Assembly: GCA_036570125.1 (NCBI GenBank)
Contig: DATCPK010000155.1
Span: forward strand, 2,075-66,074
Length of the DNA: 64,000 nt
Direction: 5' to 3'
Origin: Candidatus Limnocylindria bacterium
GTDB taxonomy: Bacteria > Chloroflexota > Limnocylindria > P2-11E
Below the pieces are notes generated by a model. The model was given only the letters and a program-made list of their open reading frames with translations. It did not search any database and had not been told where the DNA came from. The first letter of the stretch is position 1. Every line of letters begins with the position of its first letter. The position numbers and the translations under genes are program-made. Shown in pieces: positions 1-7,767 of the stretch.

Positions 1-476
1 GTGCGATGACCGCGGTCTCGTCGGCCACCATGATCGTGGCCTACCTGATCTGGGGCCGGATGATCGATCGCGGATCTTCGATCCGCCTCACGCTTCTGAA
101 TACCGTCGTGACGCTGCTCATCCCGATCGGCTACATCGCCGCAGCCGACGTGTGGCTCCTCATACCGGTCGCGATCGTCGGAGGCATCGTGAATGCGGGC
201 GGAGAGATCACGTTCTTCACGAACATCGTCCAGATCGCCCCTCGCGACAAGATCGGCGAGTACGCCACCGCGCAGTCGCTGCTCATGGGCATCCGGGGCA
301 CCGCCGCACCGTTCGTCGCGGCGGCGCTTCTCGGCGTCGCCGATCCGCGCGTCGTTCTTCTCATCGGCGTGATCTTCATGACCGCGGGCTGCGCGATCAT
401 GGCCGGCGCCGTGCGGCTCATAGCGCCGACGGGCATGACGACCTCGCGCGTGGTGATCGAGAGCCCCGCGGACTAA
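1..476 (+). CDS. MFS-type transporter, C-terminal fragment (5' end lies outside the window)
   Basis: The frame of ORF 6..476 is open to the window edge. The translation is a series of hydrophobic helices (LLIPVAIVGGIVNAGGEITFF, IGEYATAQSLLMGIRGTAAPF, VLLIGVIFMTAGCAIMAG) typical of the last TMs of an MFS permease. Confidence 0.55.
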   Translation, partial: AMTAVSSATMIVAYLIWGRMIDRGSSIRLTLLNTVVTLLIPIGYIAAADVWLLIPVAIVGGIVNAGGEITFFTNIVQIAPRDKIGEYATAQSLLMGIRGTAAPFVAAALLGVADPRVVLLIGVIFMTAGCAIMAGAVRLIAPTGMTTSRVVIESPAD

Positions 477-1270
477 GCCTTCAGCGGGATCCCGTTCGCG
501 CGCATCGCGTTCGCGAAGCGGTCGGCGATCAGCTGGTAGCCGTCATCGGAAGGATGGAAGCCATCCTGGGATACCGTCGCCGTCGAGACGAGCGCCGCGC
601 TGCCCGTGAAGAGATCGACGACTTTGACGCGATTTGGATTGCGCGCCGCGATCGCGGCGATCGCGTCGTTGTACGCCTGGATACCCGCGAAAAGGCGCGT
701 CTTGTCGGCGCCCGCGTAAACCGGGACCGCTCGTAGGTCGGGAACGTTGCCGACGAAGATCGTCGCGGCGGTGTTCTGCACCAGGCCGTCGACGGTCTGC
801 CCCAGCGCGTCGGCGAACGAGGCCGGCTCGATCGTCGCGTTCAGGTCGTTGACCGCGAGCCAGACCGAGACGAGCGTCGGTTTCTGCGCGATCGCCCCGG
901 GCAGCTGCTGCGTCACGGCCTGCAGCGCGAGCGAGCCCGAAACGCCAAGATTGGTGTACGGCGGCGATCCCGCCGGGAGACGCGACGCGATGATCGCCGG
1001 CCACGACCCGTTCGCCGGATCGCTCGCGCCGACCCCGACGCTGTCGGACGCACCGATCGCGACGTAGCGGATACCGGGGCTGGGAGTCGCGGTTGCGGTC
1101 GGCGGGGCGGTGCTCGGCGAGGCGATCGGAGCCCTCGTAGGCGACGCCTTTGCCGCCGGCGCGGCCGAGCATGCGGTCACGAACGCAGCGCATATCACGC
1201 TGAGGACCACCAGCTCACCTTTCCACATCAAGCAGCTCGTCCCGTCGGCTTCGCCTCCGTGACTCGCCAC
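473..1270 (-). CDS. SGNH/GDSL-family hydrolase, probable secreted lipoprotein
   Basis: The translation has SGNH block I (YVAIGASDSVGVG), a GxND-like block (VWLAVNDL) and block V (DGFHPSDDGY). The internal start MWKGELVVLSVICAAFVTAC (ATG at 1228) looks like a lipoprotein signal with a lipobox Cys. The longest ORF starts at 1270 (GTG). Confidence 0.75.
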   Translation of the reverse strand: MASHGGEADGTSCLMWKGELVVLSVICAAFVTACSAAPAAKASPTRAPIASPSTAPPTATATPSPGIRYVAIGASDSVGVGASDPANGSWPAIIASRLPAGSPPYTNLGVSGSLALQAVTQQLPGAIAQKPTLVSVWLAVNDLNATIEPASFADALGQTVDGLVQNTAATIFVGNVPDLRAVPVYAGADKTRLFAGIQAYNDAIAAIAARNPNRVKVVDLFTGSAALVSTATVSQDGFHPSDDGYQLIADRFANAMRANGIPLKA

Positions 1271-1288
1271 GAGCTCACGGCTGACGGA

Positions 1289-1319
1289 TTCGCTCCTCGC
1301 GAGTAAATCGCTCCTCGCT
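1289..1319 (+). repeat. Intergenic motif A copy 1 (TTCGCTCCTCGCGAGTAAATCGCTCCTCGCT); on the minus strand it reads as tandem GCGAGGAGCGA units
   Basis: The exact 13-mer GCTCCTCGCGAGT (1292..1304) recurs at 16753..16765. The flanks are about 80 percent identical. The site lies between the SGNH hydrolase start and ssrA. Confidence 0.5.
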
Positions 1320-1332
1320 CACGCATCATCGG

Positions 1333-1338
1333 TACAAT
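1333..1338 (+). promoter_or_regulatory. Possible -10 hexamer (TACAAT) for ssrA
   Basis: TACAAT sits 23 nt upstream of the mature tmRNA 5' end. No convincing -35 was seen. Confidence 0.3.
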
Positions 1339-1360
1339 TGTCTGGCCCAGACGGGGCCAC

Positions 1361-1713
1361 GGGGATGCGTGGTTTCGACAGGGCAGGCAGACGGACCGCC
1401 GCGAGCCGAGGAACGCCGTTCCTCCTCGTTAATCCGAACGGCAGGCAGACAACTGCCAACACTTCTTACGCTCTCGCTGCCTAGTCAGTGAGACGTCCTC
1501 CCGGTCTCCGCTCCGCGGGCCGGGAAGGGCGATATAAGCGGAGCTGCGGCCCGCCGATCGGCCGGTAGGCGGGCTCAAGTAAACCGACCTGGCGAGAACG
1601 AGGAGCGTGTCGGTGCGCGCCTCGTTCCGTGAGACAAAAAAACGCCGACTACGCTCGTAGAAGCGATCCGCGCGCAGGCCTTGGACGGGGAGTTCGACCC
1701 TCCCCCATCTCCA
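1361..1713 (+). ncRNA. ssrA: tmRNA (SsrA), one-piece
   Basis: The 5' end reads GGGGATGCGTGGTTTCGACAGGG. The 3' end reads GGACGGGGAGTTCGACCCTCCCC then CATCTCC and A, giving a tRNA-Ala-like acceptor stem (GGGGATG/CATCTCC with a G3:U pair), a T-arm and discriminator A. CCA is not encoded. The internal tag frame ends GCC AAC ACT TCT TAC GCT CTC GCT GCC TAG (ANTSYALAA, stop at 1482..1484). Confidence 0.93.
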
Positions 1714-1724
1714 CAGAACTAGGA

Positions 1725-1791
1725 GGCCGGCGGAGGGAGCCGCAGCTCACTCCGGCCGGCCGACGACGTTCTGGAAGGCGCGAAGCGCCTT
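1725..1791 (+). terminator. Two GC-rich hairpins downstream of ssrA (terminator-like, no U tract)
   Basis: GGCCGGCGGAG (1725..1735) pairs with CTCCGGCCGGCC (1750..1761), with one bulge. AAGGCGC-GAA-GCGCCTT (1775..1791) is a perfect 7-bp stem. Confidence 0.4.
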
Positions 1792-1855
1792 ACAGGGACG
1801 ACCCTACGGCGGCTACAGAGCGACAGCCGCGAAGTCGCTACAGGACAATCCGCTC

Positions 1856-2554
1856 GTGCCGCTCACCCTTTTCATCTTCGCTCTCGTCGGCGGCGCTATC
1901 GCGGCGATCTTCGCGCCGCTCTACCTCGATTTTTTCCGTCGCGAGCTTTCGCGCGCTGACGAGATGAATGAGATCGCCACCCGTCTCGGTCTTCGCTTCT
2001 CGAGGACCGACCCGGCTTACCCCGGGTCGACTGCGTTCCGCTATCCGTTCGAGCTCTTCTCGAGAGGCGTCGAGCAGACTTGCGAGAACTTCATCACCGG
2101 GACGATCGGCGGTGTCGACCTGGTCGCGTTCGATTTTCTCTACCGGCTGCGCCTCGACTCAGACGACGAACCCAACGAACACGCGCGATCCGAACCCATT
2201 CGGTTCAGCTGCGCCGTCGTGACCGTGGATGGGCAGCGGCCGCACATCGTCGTCGAGCCGGCGTCGGCCGCGCTCCCCGCTCGTGCCGATGGCGACCCTG
2301 TTCGTCTGGAATGGGGCGACTTCAACGCGCGCTATCGCGTGATCTCGCAGGATCGCGGATTCGCGACCGCCCTGCTCGACGTCGATCTCATGGCCTGGCT
2401 GGTCGACGAGGCTCCGCATCTCGCGCTGACATGGGAGATCCAGCGCGACCAGGTGCTCTGCCGTACGACGAGCCTCGCACCGAAAGACTGTGCGACGCTC
2501 GTGACCGCCATGCCGGAGTTCGCGCGGCGGATCGGTCGAGGCGCCAGGGACTAG
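1856..2554 (+). CDS. Hypothetical membrane-anchored protein (one N-terminal TM; possibly DUF3137-like)
   Basis: GTG start. The N-terminal helix is LTLFIFALVGGAIAAIFAPLYL. The C-terminal segment WGDFNARYRVISQDRGFATALLDVDLMAWL resembles, from memory, the FNxxFxVxSxDxxxArxLLxPxxM pattern of DUF3137 proteins. Codon usage is GC3-rich like the neighbouring genes. Confidence 0.55.
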   Translation: MPLTLFIFALVGGAIAAIFAPLYLDFFRRELSRADEMNEIATRLGLRFSRTDPAYPGSTAFRYPFELFSRGVEQTCENFITGTIGGVDLVAFDFLYRLRLDSDDEPNEHARSEPIRFSCAVVTVDGQRPHIVVEPASAALPARADGDPVRLEWGDFNARYRVISQDRGFATALLDVDLMAWLVDEAPHLALTWEIQRDQVLCRTTSLAPKDCATLVTAMPEFARRIGRGARD

Positions 2555-2926
2555 TCAGGCGTACGAGATGAGCTCGAGCAGGGTCCCATCGGGATCTCGG
2601 AAATACACACTCGTCCCACGGCCCTTCGCTCCGCCGCGGGTCATCGGCCCCGCCTCGATCCCCACGCCCCGGGCTCGGAGATGCTCGATCGCACCGTCGA
2701 TCGGCCCGTCCCACTCGAAGCAGAGGTCGCTGTTGCCGGGAACGACCGGTAGACGCGCGACCATCGCCGGCCGCGTTCCCGGGCCGTGCACGTTGAGCTG
2801 CTGGCCGCCCACACGGTAGGCGGTTCGCCCATCGATCTCGACCACGTCCGCGCCGAGGACGTCACGATAGAAGGCGTTCGAACGCGCGAAATCCGTCACC
2901 GCGATCACCACGTGGTCCAGGCGCAC
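2555..2926 (-). CDS. VOC / glyoxalase-bleomycin resistance family protein
   Basis: Translation from GTG 2926 reads VRLDHVVIAVTDFARSNAFYRDVLGA ... SVYFRDPDGTLLELISYA, the classic VOC beta-alpha-beta-beta-beta pattern, about 123 aa. The longer ORF up to 3175 would overlap the divergent DoxX gene and adds only Pro/Arg/Thr-rich sequence. Confidence 0.75.
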   Translation of the reverse strand: MRLDHVVIAVTDFARSNAFYRDVLGADVVEIDGRTAYRVGGQQLNVHGPGTRPAMVARLPVVPGNSDLCFEWDGPIDGAIEHLRARGVGIEAGPMTRGGAKGRGTSVYFRDPDGTLLELISYA

Positions 2927-3017
2927 GCACGCACGATACGAGCGAGTGGCGGAATAGACACTCGAAGCGGCTCGTTGTGGGATGTGTCGTGCCGCGTCGG
3001 CGGCGGGAGGCGTCTCC

Positions 3018-3551
3018 ATGACCATCACGTCCGTTATCAGCACCGATCTCGCACTCGCGCTCGTCCGTGTCGTCGTGGGCCTCGTCATCGCTGCGCACGG
3101 AGCGCAGAAAGTCCTGGGGGTGTGGGGAGGTCCCGGCCTCGCCGGATGGACCCAGGGCATGAGCCGGATGGGCATGCGACCCGCGGCCTTCTGGGCGTGG
3201 GTTTCGGCATTCGCCGAGCTCGCCGGCGGTGTCGCATTCGCCTTCGGCTTCCTGCTGCCCGTCGTCGCGGCGGCGCTGACGGTCCAGATGGGCGTCGCGA
3301 TAGCGCGCGCTCACTGGGGCAAGGGCTTCTGGAACTCGAAGGGCGGCATCGAGTTCCCGTTCACGCTCGGCGCGATCGCCGTGATCAACGGCCTCGCCGA
3401 TCCGGGCGCCTACTCCCTCGACCGAACGCTCGCGCTACCAGCGATGGGCGCGGGCGTCTACGTCGCAGTGGTCGTGGTTGGCGTGGTCGCCTACCTGGTC
3501 GGTGCGCGGGCGATCGGGGCGGAACCCGCGAAGGTCAGTCGCGCGGCCTGA
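3018..3551 (+). CDS. DoxX family membrane protein
   Basis: MTITSVISTDLALALVRVVVGLVIAAHGAQKVLGVWGGPGLAGW ... has four TMs, and the RxxxGxxxxxHGxxK motif is typical of DoxX. Start taken at ATG 3018 inside ORF 2982..3551. Confidence 0.75.
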   Translation: MTITSVISTDLALALVRVVVGLVIAAHGAQKVLGVWGGPGLAGWTQGMSRMGMRPAAFWAWVSAFAELAGGVAFAFGFLLPVVAAALTVQMGVAIARAHWGKGFWNSKGGIEFPFTLGAIAVINGLADPGAYSLDRTLALPAMGAGVYVAVVVVGVVAYLVGARAIGAEPAKVSRAA

Positions 3552-3602
3552 TCCTCGCGCCAGGCGCGACCCGTCTATTCTCTCGGGCGGGGAGGCCGTC
3601 CA

Positions 3603-3899
3603 TTGAAAGAAGCGCTTGTGCGGCTCGACGCGTTGATGAACCGCCTCGTCGAGGCGGACCAGACCGGTTCGGGTATCGACCCGCTTCGCATCGCGAACGA
3701 GCTCGGCCAGATCCGGCAGCTCCTCGCGGAGGCGCCCGCCGTCGTGCGCGCCAAGGGCGGTCAGAAGCACTTCCGCTGCGAGGCCTGCGGGACGATCTCG
3801 CATGGCGAGCGCGAGCCCGAACGGTGCCCCACCTGCGGCGGCCGGAAGTTCTTCGCCGCGGACATCGAGCAGCCGTTCGTGGAGTCAGGGGCCGGCTAG
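3603..3899 (+). CDS. Small zinc-ribbon (rubredoxin-like CxxC...CxxC) protein, function unknown
   Basis: TTG start. An N-terminal helical part is followed by FRCEACGTISHGEREPERCPTCGG (two CxxC knuckles). Confidence 0.5.
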   Translation: MKEALVRLDALMNRLVEADQTGSGIDPLRIANELGQIRQLLAEAPAVVRAKGGQKHFRCEACGTISHGEREPERCPTCGGRKFFAADIEQPFVESGAG

Positions 3900-3960
3900 A
3901 CCGCGCGTTCGATTCCAACTGCAACAAAGCGAACGTTGTGCTCGTTGGTTCGGTGTCCAT

Positions 3961-3981
3961 ATAGTTCATCTCCCTAACTAT
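3961..3981 (+). promoter_or_regulatory. Inverted repeat ATAGTT-N9-AACTAT upstream of marR (candidate operator overlapping a TATAGT -10-like box)
   Basis: A perfect 6-bp inverted repeat sits in an AT-richer patch 16 nt upstream of the marR start. A GGAGGA SD lies at 3984..3989. Confidence 0.3.
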
Positions 3982-3996
3982 TCGGAGGACGAACAT

Positions 3997-4482
3997 ATGA
4001 CGATCGCGCCGGAGCGACCGGCCTCGCGAGCGCCGACCACTGAGGACGCTCGTCTCGCAGGAATGCTGCTGTCGCTCCTCCCTCGGATCGGAAAGATCGC
4101 CGGGCAGGTCGCCCACGAGCGTGGCGCGATCACCCTCGAGCGTGCGCGAATCCTGTGGCAGCTCGTGGAGTCGCCGCGACGCAGCGGCGAGATCGCGCAG
4201 CGCTGCGCGCTCACGCCCGCATCGGTGTCCGAGCTCGTCGACTCGCTCGAGCGCGATGGGTACGTCCGACGCTCCGAGGATCGAAACGACCGCCGCGTGG
4301 TCGTCGTCGAGATCACCGCTCGCGGTAGGCGCGAAATCGAACGCGTCGGTGAGCTCATGACCGCGCCCGTCGCGAAGATCATCGCCAGCCTGTCGGCCGA
4401 CAAGCGCTCGCGCATCGCGGCCGCGCTCGCCGATCTGCAGGAGGCGTTCGCCACCACAAAGGAGTCAACAAATGTCCGGTGA
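3997..4482 (+). CDS. MarR family transcriptional regulator
   Basis: Winged-HTH core: RSGEIAQRCALTPASVSELVDSLERDGYVRRSEDRNDRRVVVVEITARGRRE. ATG 3997 is preceded by a GGAGGA SD. It overlaps the downstream MFS gene by 11 nt. Confidence 0.85.
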   Translation: MTIAPERPASRAPTTEDARLAGMLLSLLPRIGKIAGQVAHERGAITLERARILWQLVESPRRSGEIAQRCALTPASVSELVDSLERDGYVRRSEDRNDRRVVVVEITARGRREIERVGELMTAPVAKIIASLSADKRSRIAAALADLQEAFATTKESTNVR

Positions 4483-6034
4483 GATGACCCGCAACGCACG
4501 AATCCTCGCGACCGTGGGAGTTGGCCTCGCCCTCTTCCTCGCCGCTCTCGACCAGACCATCGTCGGGACGGCGCTCCCCCGCATCGTCGCCGACCTGAAT
4601 GGTCTCGACTATTTCGCGTGGGTCGCGACGGCGTACCTCGTGGCATCGACCACCCTCACGCCGATCGCCGGGAAGCTCGGCGACCTCTTTGGTCGCAAGC
4701 CATTCCTCCTCGGCGGGATGATCGGTTTCGTCCTCGCGTCCGCGCTCTGCGGGCAAGCGCAGAACATGCCTGAGCTGATCGCATTCCGCGGCATCCAGGG
4801 CATCTTCGGCGGAGTGCTGTTCGCCAGCGTGTTCGCGACGATCGGCGACCTCTACGCACCGGCGGAACGCGCGAAGCTGCAGGGAGTCTTCGGCGGCATC
4901 TTCGGCATCGCTTCGGTCGTCGGACCGACCGTCGGCGGCTATCTCACCGACAACCTCAGCTGGCGGTGGGTCTTCTACGTGAACGTCCCCGTCGGCGTTC
5001 TCGCGATCCTCGTGTGCTTCGTGACCCTTCCCAGGGTCGCCCACAACGCTTCCTGGCGCGATATCGACTTTGCCGGCGCTTTCACGCTCGCCGCGACGCT
5101 GGTCCCGCTCCTCATCGCGCTCTCCATCACCCAGAACCACGACCTCACCTCTCCTGAGGTGCTGGGCCTTCTCGCGCTCGCAGTAGTGATGGGCGTGATC
5201 TTCTTCCTCATCGAGCGGCGCAATCCGCACCCGGTCGTCCCGTTCGACCTCTGGAAGAACCCGACGTTCGCCGTATCCACCGTCATCGGCTTCCTGCTTG
5301 GGTTCGCGATGTTCGGCGCGATCCTCTTCGTGAGCCTTCTCTACCAGGGCGTCCTCGGGATCCCGGCGACGAACTCGGGACTTCTGATCACCCCGCTCAT
5401 GGTCGGTCTCATCAGTGCGAGCGTCCTTACCGGTCAGCTCATGGTGCGGATCAAGCGCTACCGCTATCTCGGCACCGTCGGCGCCGTGATCCTGACCGTC
5501 GGGCTATTGCTGCTCTCACAGGTCACCGTCGGAACGCCCGAGATCGAGGTCGTGCGCGATCTGGTCCTCGTCGGGCTCGGCGTCGGCGTCGGCATGCCGC
5601 TGTACCTGAACGCCACGCAGAGCGCGGTGGACGCGAGATTTCTCGGAGTCGTTTCGAGCCAGATCCAGTTCTGGCGGAACATCGGCAGCACCGTCGGCGT
5701 CGCTCTTCTCGGCTCGGTGCTCGGACACGAGCTCGGAACGAAGATCGCTGCCGCAGTCCCAACCCAGCTCGCGGGCTCGGTGGCCGCGAACGCTGGGAAC
5801 GCTCAGGCCATCTTCAGCCCGGCCGCTACGCAGGGCATCCCCGCGCCGATCCTCCTGGCGATCCGAGGCGCTCTCGCCGCATCGCTCCATGATGTGTTCC
5901 TCATCGCGGCAGGCGTCGCCGCACTCGCGGTGGTCGTCTCGCTGTTCCTCCAGGAGGTCCCGCTTCGCGGTCGTACCCCGGTCCGTCTGACGGAAGGCGA
6001 GCCGACTGAGGCGGCGCCCGCCTTCGGCGGTTAG
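4472..6034 (+). CDS. MFS drug:H+ antiporter (DHA2 / EmrB-QacA type, about 14 TM)
   Basis: 520 aa and multi-TM, with motif-A-like GKLGDLFGRKPFLLGG and DQTIVGTALPRI near the N-terminus. Co-oriented with and overlapping marR. Confidence 0.85.
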   Translation: MSGEMTRNARILATVGVGLALFLAALDQTIVGTALPRIVADLNGLDYFAWVATAYLVASTTLTPIAGKLGDLFGRKPFLLGGMIGFVLASALCGQAQNMPELIAFRGIQGIFGGVLFASVFATIGDLYAPAERAKLQGVFGGIFGIASVVGPTVGGYLTDNLSWRWVFYVNVPVGVLAILVCFVTLPRVAHNASWRDIDFAGAFTLAATLVPLLIALSITQNHDLTSPEVLGLLALAVVMGVIFFLIERRNPHPVVPFDLWKNPTFAVSTVIGFLLGFAMFGAILFVSLLYQGVLGIPATNSGLLITPLMVGLISASVLTGQLMVRIKRYRYLGTVGAVILTVGLLLLSQVTVGTPEIEVVRDLVLVGLGVGVGMPLYLNATQSAVDARFLGVVSSQIQFWRNIGSTVGVALLGSVLGHELGTKIAAAVPTQLAGSVAANAGNAQAIFSPAATQGIPAPILLAIRGALAASLHDVFLIAAGVAALAVVVSLFLQEVPLRGRTPVRLTEGEPTEAAPAFGG

Positions 6035-6036
6035 CC

Positions 6037-7767
6037 GTGCTGATCCGTCTGCTTCGGACGTACCTGGGGCCGTACCGGCGTCAGGTCGCGATCGTGACGG
6101 CGCTCCTGCTCCTCCAATCGGTCGCGAACCTCTACCTGCCCAATCTCAACGCCGACATCATCAATAACGGCGTCGCCAAAGGCGACACGGACTACATCTG
6201 GCGCACCGGCGCCGTGATGCTCGGGATCACATTGCTCCTCGGCCTTTTCGCGATCGTCGCGGTCTACTTCGCCTCAGAGACGTCGATGAGCGTCGGCCGG
6301 GATGTCCGAGCCGCGGTGTTCGATCGCGTGCAGAGCTTTTCGGCGCGCGAGATGAATCGCTTTGGGACGGCGTCCCTGATCACCCGCAACACGAACGACG
6401 TTCAGCAGGTGCAGCTCTTCCTGCAGATCGCGCTCACGATCCTCGTGAGCGCCCCGATCATCGCGATCGGCGGGATCGTGATGGCCGTTCGCGAGGACGC
6501 GACGCTCTCGTGGCTCCTCGTCGTGATCGTCCCGCTCATGGCCGCGGTCATCGGCGTCCTGCTCCTGCGGGCGGTGCCGCTCTTCCGACAGGTGCAGGTG
6601 AAGATCGACCGCATCACGCAGGTGCTCCGCGAGCAGATCACCGGCGTCCGGGTCGTGCGCGCGTTCATACGAGTCGACTCCGAACGCGTCCGGTTCGAGG
6701 TGGCCAACGCGGATCTGACCGACACCTCGCTCCGTGTGAACCGGATCTTCGCGCTCGCGTTCCCGGCCCTCCTCGCGATCATGAACCTGTCGACGGTCGC
6801 GATCCTGTGGTTCGGCGCCGGACTCGTCGATCGCGGCGACATGCCGATCGGCAATCTCACCGCATTTCTGCAGTACATCATGCAGATCCTGTTCGCGGTG
6901 ATGACCGCGGTATTCATGGTCATCCTCATCCCGCGGGCTGAGGCGAGCGCGCAGCGGATCGTCGAAGTGCTCGAGACGACGCCGTCGATCACCGAACCGC
7001 TCCGTCCGGCCGCGCCGGAGCGACGGTCGGGCCTCGTCGCGTTCGCGGACGTCACCTTCGCGTACCCGCACGGCGAGCGGCCGGTGCTGCACGGTCTGAC
7101 GTTCGAAGCGCGACCCGGCCGAACCACGGCAATCATCGGCGGGACCGGCTCCGGAAAGAGCACGGTCGTGAGCCTCGTGACACGAAGCTTCGACGTCACC
7201 GGGGGCGCCGTGCTCGTCGATGGCCTGGACGTCCGCGCGCAAGCGCTGGACGCGCTCTGGTCGCGGATCGGGCTCGTCCCGCAGACCGCGTATCTCTTCA
7301 AGGGCACGGTCGCGCAGAACCTGCGCTTCGGCAACGAGAACGCCACCGACGCAGAGCTCTGGCGCGCGCTCGAGGTCGGCCAGGCGCGGGATTTCGTCGC
7401 CGCGATGGACGGCCAGCTGGAGGCGCCGATCGACCAGGGCGGGACGAACGTCTCGGGGGGACAGCGTCAGCGACTCGCCATTGCGCGCGCGATCGTGAAG
7501 CGCCCGGCTGTTTACCTGTTCGACGACTGTTTCTCCGCGCTCGATGCGGGTACCGACGCTCGGCTCCGCATGGCGCTCAAGGCGGAGACCACAGATGCGA
7601 CCGTGATCATCGTCGCGCAGCGCGTGAGCACGATCCTGCACGCCGACCACATCGTCGTGCTGGACGAGGGGCGGGTCGTCGGAAGCGGCACGCATGCCGA
7701 GCTGATGCGGACCAGCGCGGAATACCGCGAGATCGTCGAGTCGCAGCTGGGGGCGGCGGCGGCATGA
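6037..7767 (+). CDS. ABC transporter, fused permease/ATPase (exporter half-transporter)
   Basis: An N-terminal 6-TM domain is followed by Walker A GGTGSGKST, signature VSGGQRQRLAIARA and Walker B VYLFDDCFSALD. Confidence 0.9.
   Translation: MLIRLLRTYLGPYRRQVAIVTALLLLQSVANLYLPNLNADIINNGVAKGDTDYIWRTGAVMLGITLLLGLFAIVAVYFASETSMSVGRDVRAAVFDRVQSFSAREMNRFGTASLITRNTNDVQQVQLFLQIALTILVSAPIIAIGGIVMAVREDATLSWLLVVIVPLMAAVIGVLLLRAVPLFRQVQVKIDRITQVLREQITGVRVVRAFIRVDSERVRFEVANADLTDTSLRVNRIFALAFPALLAIMNLSTVAILWFGAGLVDRGDMPIGNLTAFLQYIMQILFAVMTAVFMVILIPRAEASAQRIVEVLETTPSITEPLRPAAPERRSGLVAFADVTFAYPHGERPVLHGLTFEARPGRTTAIIGGTGSGKSTVVSLVTRSFDVTGGAVLVDGLDVRAQALDALWSRIGLVPQTAYLFKGTVAQNLRFGNENATDAELWRALEVGQARDFVAAMDGQLEAPIDQGGTNVSGGQRQRLAIARAIVKRPAVYLFDDCFSALDAGTDARLRMALKAETTDATVIIVAQRVSTILHADHIVVLDEGRVVGSGTHAELMRTSAEYREIVESQLGAAAA

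Noticed and set aside
2786-3964. 392-aa plus-strand ORF spanning the VOC, DoxX and Zn-ribbon region
   Set aside because: The translation is Arg/Gly/Pro-rich with no domain pattern. It overlaps three better-supported genes out of frame. Long spurious ORFs of this kind are expected in GC-rich DNA.
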